Origin: the human T2T-CHM13v2.0 reference genome, Homo sapiens
Reading direction: 5' to 3' (one strand)
Length of the DNA: 64,000 nucleotides
Assembly (NCBI RefSeq): GCF_009914755.1
Contig: NC_060935.1
Shown here: positions 54,505-64,000 of the stretch, one piece after another
Numbering within the stretch: the stretch's first letter is position 1
Layout of the letters: each line of letters opens with the position of its first letter
The notes under the pieces: model-generated
What the model was told of the DNA's origin: nothing
What the model saw: only the letters and a program-made list of their open reading frames with translations
Database searches by the model: none
Translations under genes and position numbers: made by a program

Positions 54505-55490
54505 GGACTGACCACACGAAAGGCTGGAGAGGATGTGGAAAAACAAGAACTCATTCATTGCTGGTGGGAATGCAAAATGGTGCAGCCACTACGGTTTGGT
54601 AGTTCTTTATAAAACTAAAACACTCTTATCACATGATGCAGCAATTGTACTCCTGGCCTTAGTATCTACCTAAGGTAAGGTGATACTATCTACCTAAGAG
54701 ATAAGAGATACTATCTACTTACTTACTACCTAAGAGATACTATCTACCTAAGATACTATCTACCTAGGAGATAAGTATCTACCTGAGTATCTGCCTTAGT
54801 ATCTACCTGAAGGAGTTGAATTTGTATGTCCACACAAAAACCAGTCTGCAGATATCTATAGCAGCTTTATTCATAATTGCCAAAACTTGGAAGTAACCAA
54901 ATTGTCTTTCAGTAGGTAAATGGATAAACAAATTATGGTGCATCTGCACAAGGGAACATTATTCAGCACTAAATCAAAATAAGCTATCGAGCCAAAAAAA
55001 AAGACATGGAGAGAACTTAAATGCATATTACTAAGAAAAAGAAACCAATCTAGAAGGGCTGTATACTAGATGATTACAGCTATATGACATTCTGAAAAAA
55101 GCACAAGTATAGAGAAAGTAAAAAGATCAGGGTTGAGGTCAGAGGGAAGGGATGAATAGGCAGAGCATAAAAGATTTTTAGGGCAGTAAAAATACCCAGT
55201 ATGATACTATAAAGTGGATACAAATCACTCAAACCGTAGAATGTACCACAGCAAGGATGAATCCTAATGTAAATATGTACCTTGGGAGATTATGAGTCAA
55301 TTGTAGGTTTATCAGTTATAACGAATGTAGCACTCCGGTGGGGGATGTTGATAATGGGGAGGATGTGCATGTATAAGGACTGGGGGTATATGGGAACTCC
55401 CTGTACCTTCCTCTCAATTTTGCTGTGAACCCAAAATGTCACTAAAAGATTAAGACTTTAACAGCAACACCTTTAAGGAAAAAAAAAAGG
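54505..55490 (+). mobile_element. L1MC-type 3' fragment inserted in an antisense L2
   Basis: ctggagaggatgtggaaaaacaagaactc...tgctggtgggaatgcaaaatggt...ttttgctgtgaacc; A-tail; TSD-like gagattattg / aagactattg. Confidence 0.85.
54656..54808. repeat. Patchwork repeat of tatctacctaag / agatact bounded by a 16-bp direct repeat
   Basis: gccttagtatctacct at 54656 and 54793 with direct and inverted fragments between. Confidence 0.9.
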
Positions 55491-56734
55491 AAGAAGACTA
55501 TTGTGGTGGTCCAGCCAAGATGTGGCATTACCTTGGCTAGGGATGGTGACAATGAAGATGATGAGAAGGGGTATTTAAGGTAAATGTGACAGGCTGAAGA
55601 TAAGTTTGATATAAGCATGGGGGAGGATGAGGTGTTAAGGATGGTGCCCAGGTACCCAGCTTTTGGAACTGGGTAGATGCTGATGTCATTTGGTGAGATG
55701 GGAGTCCTACAAAGGGACCGGAAGGTGAGGGAAAAGATAATGATTCAGCCTAAGCCACAGGAAGTTTGCAGTGCCTTTGCAATACCCAAGTGGAGATGAC
55801 TGTCTAAGCACCAGACAGAGAGGCCAGAGCTTGAGATACAGACTCAGGAGTCATCAGTCAGTTGTGGCCATGTAAGATGGGAAGGAAATCTTCAAAGCCA
55901 GGGGAGTATATAGCATTAAAGAGAAAAGGGCTTTTATGTGTCTTTAGGAATTCCACCCCATGGCATTGGAAAAGAAGATGGGCATTAAAAAAAAAAAGAA
56001 AGAAAGAAAAGAAAGAAAGCCTGAGGTGGATTTGCTGCGAAATAATTCTCTACCTTGTATGAGTCCCATCCAAGGCCTTTTATTTATAATTTTGTATTCC
56101 TTTAAAGATAGCCCCCCAAAATAAAAACGCTTCAAGTCCAAAAATCTGCTCATGCCCTGGCATTCTTAGATGTAGGGGAAAACTTAGGGAAACGTGCAAC
56201 ACACAAAATCAACAGAAGAGAGTTTTCATGGTAGGAGGAACTGCAGAAAGGCTGCTGAGTGAAGTAAGATGATGTTTAGAATGTGGATCTCACAGGACTC
56301 AAAAACCATCAGGTAGGTAGGAGAAAAGAACATGAGTGAGAGTTGAGGACCCCTCCCAGGCTTCCAGCTTGTGGGACAGAGTAGATGTGCTGCTGAGGAA
56401 GGAATTCAGGAAGAGGAGCAAGATTGGTCCGATATGCCTTGGGGCCACAGAGAATTCCCTTCCAGTCACGGAAATCAACTATCACTATCCCGCTGGCCTC
56501 AAACTCCCTTCTTGAAGTGAACCATTACCTTTTTCTTCTACCATTCTCATTACTTTCCTCTGAACAAGCTCCACACTCAGAAACTGAAGGCTCTCTCCCA
56601 GATGTAGTCCAAGCAGCCTGGAGGAGCACACTCTACAGCCCAACATCTTGGTTCTAGAGACGCCATCCCAGTGGCTCTCCACAGGCGCTTCCTTTCCCAT
56701 CCTTGCCAACTTGTCCACTTTCTGTTCATGTTCT

Positions 56735-56907
56735 GCTTCTTTTTTATTTTATTTTATTTTAGAGACAGAGTGTCACTCTGTCACCCAGGCCAGATTGCAG
56801 TGGGGCAATCATGGCTCACTGCAGGCTCGAATTTCTGGCCTCAAACAAGACTCCTGCCTCAGTCTCCCAAAGTGCTGAGATTCCAGGCATGAGCCACTGA
56901 GGCTGGC
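56735..56907 (-). mobile_element. Alu monomer/fragment
   Basis: gagacagagtgtcactctgtcacccagg...cccaaagtgctg. Confidence 0.8.
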
Positions 56908-57286
56908 CCATGTTCTGCTTCCAAGCCACATCTCCCCCATCCTATATTTGTACCATTGAACTTTTTTTGTACCCAAATGCCATGTTTTACGTTTGTCAGT
57001 GTAAAATTTCAAATTCATAGATTTGGTCCATCTCTCTAGCTTATTAAAAATGTTTTCCAGCCCTGATTCTTAGTGAATTGTCACTTCAGGGATGTCTGTA
57101 CTGTATTGTGGCATGGTCTTCTGCACAGTAGCCAAAAAAAGGAATGTCATGTATTATGACAGGCAAATTATAATAATCCTGACTGCATTACATAACATAT
57201 TCTCTGCTTACAGAGTCAGACTACATCTAGTTGAATATTCATGCATGCATACATGCTGTAACTTACTCATTAAATTATAGTTACAA

Positions 57287-57510
57287 GTCAATGTAAACAC
57301 ATGGACACAGGGAGGGGAACAACACACACAGGGGCCTGGTGGTGGAGGGATGGGGGAGGAAGAACATCAGGTAAAATAGCTAGTGCATGCTGGGCTTAAT
57401 ACCTAGGTGATCGATTGATAGGTGAAGCAAACCACCATGGCACATATTTACCTATATAACAAACTTGCACATCCTGCATATATACCCCGGAACTTGAAAT
57501 TTAAAAAAAA
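57287..57510 (+). mobile_element. 5'-truncated L1PA (older subfamily) 3' end
   Basis: acacatggacacagggaggggaacaacacaca...gcaaaccaccatggcacat...; perfect 15-bp TSD aaattatagttacaa at 57272-57286 and 57508-57522. Confidence 0.93.
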
Positions 57511-59312
57511 TTATAGTTACAACTATCAACATGGATAAATCTAAAAATATAATGTTGAGCCAAAACAAAAATCAAATTGCAGAATATCTGCAGCATTATA
57601 TTATTTGTATAAAGTTTTAAAATATGTAAAGCAATACCATGAATTGTTTATGAATTCATACATACGTGGTATAAAAATATGCAAATAAATGAAAAACACC
57701 AAACTTAGGAGAGTGATTGCCTTCAAAAGGGAGGACGGGAATGGCATTGGGAAAGGGTGCCAGGAGGCTTCCACTGTATAAACAAATGTTACATTTACTT
57801 TTTGAAAACATCTGAAACAAAGCAAAAATGCTAAGATTTGACAAAATGAGAGTACCTAGGAGGTTTTTTTTACTATTCCCTATACAGTACTTTTCTAGGT
57901 GCTTAAAATATTTCAAAAAAAATTTAAGTTCACAATCTAGTGGAAGAATAATAAGTGATACAAGAGAGGCATTGATAAAAGATATGGGAGAATAGGAGAG
58001 GAAAACAATTTTAATAGGAGAATTTATATTGCTAACTTCATCGTCAATAGAAATATGGCCAATGTATGTGTCTGATTCTTGTAATTCAATAAAGATTTTT
58101 TAAGCCCCAACATATTAGTTGTTAGAGGCACAGGTATGACCATGGCAGAGTCTGTAACATCAAATCATACACAGTCTACAAAGGAAACAGACTTCACAGA
58201 CACAATGAAGCAATAACCAACCAATGTTGTGTTAGGATTACATAAGAGGTTCTGAGATCCCTATGTCTGCCTGGGTAAAATCTTCACAGACAAGGAAATA
58301 TCTCAGCTAGACCTTCAGAAATAAATGGGAAGAGAGAGACAGAAAGGTAAAACCAGTGACAGGGTCAGCATATAAGAGATGAGGAGTCGTGAAAATTCAA
58401 TGTAACTAACGATGAGCCTGAAAAGGGACAAATTTATGAAATGGTTCTTCTCGATGTGCCAAATGCCTGCCTCTTTCCAACAAGTATTTGTTGAAGGAAG
58501 GAATCTGTATCTCAACCTATGGACAAAAGGCAGCCAATGGAAGAATTTCATTAAGGGAGTATGAATAGAAGTGGTGAGAAGGAAGATGTTGGCTGGATTG
58601 AGTAGGGGAGGGGAGCAAGACCAGAGGTTCTCAGACTGGTACAGTGGAGAGGGGCTGGGGACCTAAACTAATACTGAGCAGTTGAGAGGGTGACAAGAGA
58701 AACTCATTGGAGATAAATGTTTGAAGTCGAGTGAGCAGATTTCATAATTCATTAGTTGTAGGGAGTAACAAAAAGGAGGAAGTGGAAAACATTTTAAAAT
58801 CCCAGTTGGCCAGATAAATCAATTTTATAAAGATATACTTTACATAAAATAAAAATGCACCTATTTTAAGTATACAGTTCAGTAAGATTGGGCAAATGCA
58901 TATATTCATGTAAGCACAACCAAGATATAGAATATTTCCATCATCCAAAAAGTTATCCTAGGACTTCTATAGTGAGTAAACCACTCTCTGACTCTGCCAA
59001 ATCCAGATAGCCACGAATGTGTTTTCTGTCATTATAACTTAGTTTTTTTCTTTTCTGAAATTTCATAAAAATTTCATAAAAGTAGAATTGTACAGTGTGA
59101 ACCCTTTTGTCTGCCTTCATGTTAAAATATTGTGTCTGCATAATATTTTTGAAATTCATCAATTTTTTGGTCTTTATAAGTAGTTTGTGCCTTTGTATTG
59201 CCAAGTAATGTTCCCTTTTGTGGATATACCATGTTTAATTTATTTATTCACCTGCTGATGGATGTTTGAGTTGGTTCCAATATGGGGCTATTACAAATAA
59301 AGCTGCTATGAA

Positions 59313-59739
<427 letters not shown>

Positions 59740-59981
59740 TCAATCAGTCTCCAAAGTGGCTGTACCATTTTATATTCCCATCAGCAATACAGGCAAGCTC
59801 CAGTTGCTCCATATCATTGCCAACACTTGCTTGTCAGTCTTTTAAATTTTAGACATTCTTGTGGGTGTATAATGGTGTCTCATTGTGAATTTAATTTTTA
59901 TTTGTCTGATGACTAATGGTGTTGAGCATCTATTCATGTGCTTGTCCATTTGTACATATTCTTTTAAAAATTGTCTATTCA

Positions 59982-60369
<388 letters not shown>

Positions 60370-60447
60370 TCAAAGTGAGCTGGGGAGCAGTGGAGAAAGA
60401 GCAGCTTTAAAAGGTTGGAGAAGGAGGCAGGAAGTACATACAAGACT

Positions 60448-60800
<353 letters not shown>

Positions 60801-61699
60801 TGAAGCCCATGAAAGGGTGATCTGCAAAGAGACTGAGTTTCAAGATAACAGAATCTTATCTAAGTGTCAACTGCCACAAAAAGGTCGAGTAAAATAAAGA
60901 CAAAAAAAGTGGACTTCAACAGTGGTTTTTAAACTGTGGGCAACAGCCTGTTAGAAACCAATTTAGTAGAGCCTGACCAGTATTTCTTTTAAAAAAATTA
61001 AATAGAATAGAAAAGTGTATTGCAGGTACTAAGGTTAAGTGTAGTTCCATGAAATTTTTCTCTGTTATATATGTGTATTATGTTCTGGGTCACAGAGTAA
61101 GATATATCTTTAACTTTGGGTTATGGTAAAAGAAAATCTTGGAAGAAGAAAGGAGGCTACTGATGTCCATCCCAACATTATCCTAGAATAGGGCAGTGGC
61201 TAATAATTTGGACCCAGATCTGGCTTCAAGCCCAGGCTTCCTCCCCTTTGTTAGATGTGTGATCTTGAATAAGTTACGGAAACTCTCTAATTCTCACTTT
61301 CACTTTTCTTAAATACAAGTTGGGAATAATGATAATGTTTACCTCGAAGAGCCGTTAACAGAGCTGCTTTTGGGCACACTGGAGCCCAGTGCCTCCCTCT
61401 CAGGACAGATACAACCTGAGCAAGGGGCTCAGCTGAACCAATGAAGTCTGGATTAGATTTTAGCCCTGGCCCCTCTGCTGGGATGCTAGTGTGAAAGCAA
61501 ACTACACAAGCTTCTGCTCTTATCAGGGTTAAATGGGATTATGCTTGCAAAATATTCTGTATGATGTCCAGAACAGGGCAAGCTCTCCCATAACCATGGG
61601 CTGTCATCATTACTGATTGTTACCCTTGTTAGAGAAGATGCCAAATCTCAATAGATTAAGGATATGGAGATATTGCATAGAATCTATCCTTAAAACAAT

Positions 61700-62120
61700 C
61701 TAAATTTGGTGGAAACAACCTAAATATCCATTAACTGATCAACAAAATATGGTATATCCATATAATGGAATACTATTCAGTCATAAAAAAGAATGGAGAA
61801 CTGATGTGTGTTACAAAGTGGATAAACCTAAGTGAAAGAAGCTAGTCACAAAAGGTCACATACTGAATATAAAATATTCAGAATATGCAAATCCATAGAG
61901 ACAACAAGTGGATTAGTCATTGCTAGGGGCTGAGTGGGAGGAGGGAAGGGGAGTGGCTGCTTAACTGATGCGGGTTTCTTTACGGGTAGATGGAAATGTT
62001 CTGAAGCTGCATAGTGGTGATGGTTTTACAACACTGTGAATGTACTAAATGCCACTAAATTGCACACTTTTAACTGGTTTAAGTGGTAAATTGTATGTGT
62101 ATTTTACAACTTTTTTTAAA
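61700..62120 (+). mobile_element. L1MB 3' end
   Basis: tggaaacaacctaaatatcca...tggaatactattcagtcataaaaaagaatg...gtactaaatgccact. Confidence 0.85.
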
Positions 62121-63374
62121 AGCCCCATTCAACTTAAGGATGCTTCACCACTGCCCTTTCATCATTTTCCCAAGCTATCTCAAAGAAAAGAGTTTGCTTG
62201 GGAGCACAATGGAAAAGATTAGCTCGAGAGAGTGGTAGAGCTGAGGGAAGGTTTTCCTGAGAATGGGCAGAAAAGAGCAGGTTTGGAAGGAAGGGAGCCA
62301 GGGGAATGGAAAGTGACAGAGGAAGAGGGGAACAACACACTGTAGTCTCCCCTGCTGCACTTTGATGCAGCTCTGAAGGCTTCTTAAGGACCTGTGTTAC
62401 CTGCTGGAAGGTTCTTGGGGCCACCGCAGCACAATCTCTTTGTTAGAAGGACCCTGAAGCAGTGGGGTGAACACAGATGGGCCCCTCCTCCCCTCCTTAG
62501 ATGTGGCATGTATACTGTTGCTGTTCCTAAGGGAGAAATAATTGGACAGATAATTAATAATAATAATACCTCATGACTGCCTCTCTGGCAGGTGCTTAGC
62601 TATAGCCCCAGGAGCTTGGTAGCTGAATAATCCTCTATTATAAATTGATTTCTCAGTGAATAGTATTATTGGTATTAATAATTAGAGCCAATTTACTATT
62701 ACATACACTATTGAGGGGAGCAACAATGTGTGTAATCTGCAGCACAAGATGACTTTTTAAATGCTTTGCATTGTGTCACGGGTATTTGGCTGTCCTTCAA
62801 TATATTTACTTTCTTGATTATGTCTGACTTGGGATAATTTGAAAGTCACTTTGCATTCCCAGAGGAGGGCCATGCAAGTATCACTCTCCTGGTTTCTTTC
62901 CTTCCTGCAAACATGCTTAGCTCTCCCCATTCTAATAAATGTTGACCTTAAACTAAAAACCAGCTTTTAAAAATTCTATAAATAATATAATTGAGAGCAA
63001 GATATATTAGAATGATGGTAGCAGTAATTAATGAGTCTCAGTCTAATCTGCCTTAAAACATTTGGGCAATGTTTACTAGTCAATAACATTTAAATCTCCT
63101 TGATAGTCGTTCATCCAATAAACAAATTTTGAGGGCCATGTAGCGGGTGCAGAAGATACAGAAATAAATAAGATCATTGCTCTCAAGGAACCACTGCTCT
63201 AGCAGAGGAAACAGATGTAGAAACAAATCTTTCCTCTCAAATTTAATAAATATAAGGAAAAAGCAATCAACTCAGCCTGGAATCAAGGCCTTCAGTGAGG
63301 ATATACATGAGAGCTATCTAAAAATACTACCTCATGTAGCTATAAAATATTTGATTTTTTCCACTTAAGCATAT

Positions 63375-64000
63375 TTATTTATTTTTTATTTCATATAATT
63401 TCAACTTTTATTTTAGATTCAGGGGCAAATGTGCAGAATTGTTACATAGATATATTGTGTGATGCTGAGGTTTGGGGTATGAATGATCCCATCACCCATG
63501 TAGTGAGCATAGTACCCAATAGGTAGTTTTGCAACCCTTGCCCTCTTCAACCTCTCCCCTCTTTTAGCCTCCAGTGTCTATTATTGCCCTCTTTATGTCT
63601 ATGAGTACCCAATGTTTAGCACCCACTTATAAGTGAGAACACACAGTATTTGGTTTTCTGTTCCTTTGGATTATGGCATCCAGATGCATCCATGTTGCTG
63701 CCAAAGGCATTAGTTTGTTCTTTCTTTTTATGGCTGCATAGTATTCTATGGTGTATATGTACCACATTTTCTTTATCCAGTCCATCTTGGATGGACACCT
63801 GGGTTCATTCCATGTGTTTACTATTGTGAATAGTACTGCAATGAACATACAAGTACATGCGTCTTTTGGTAGAATGACTTATTTTCCTTAGAGTATATAT
63901 CTAGTAATGGGATTTCTGAGTTGAATGGTAGTTCTGTTTTAAGTTCTTTGAGAAATCTCCAAACTGCTTTCCACATTGGCTGGATTAATTTACATTCCTT
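63375..64000 (-). mobile_element. L1PA15/16-like 3' end, runs off window
   Basis: ttttagattcagggg...tgatgctgaggtttggggtatgaatgatccc...cccacttataagtgagaac. Confidence 0.88.

Overview
Primate (most likely human) genomic DNA, rich in interspersed repeats, with no intact protein-coding exon that I can support. A CpG island at about 24.9-26.0 kb holds the promoter and an ATG-free first exon of a minus-strand gene I cannot name (donor CAG|GTGGGC at 25655/25654). On that reading, 1-25.6 kb is probably its first intron and 26-64 kb is upstream sequence. Two retrocopies of signal recognition particle components lie on either side of this promoter. One is a frameshifted SRP14 processed pseudogene (17.8-18.5 kb) with target-site duplication (TSD), poly-A and an unusually short Ala-rich tail. 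The other is a full-length decayed 7SL RNA pseudogene (39.3-39.6 kb). The rest is Alus, MIR/L2/L1 fragments, solo LTRs (MLT1, MLT2, MER4, MER51, MER21) and DNA-transposon relics. Most notable structures: an MLT1 LTR carrying four nested insertions, a patchwork direct/inverted templated insertion at 54.66-54.81 kb, an Alu with an inverted A-tail, candidate unannotated exons on both strands, and a CRE/AP-1 enhancer candidate at 53.2 kb. I found no convincing evidence of a wholly new biological system. Repeat family names come from recalled consensus sequences, and many repeat boundaries are approximate.
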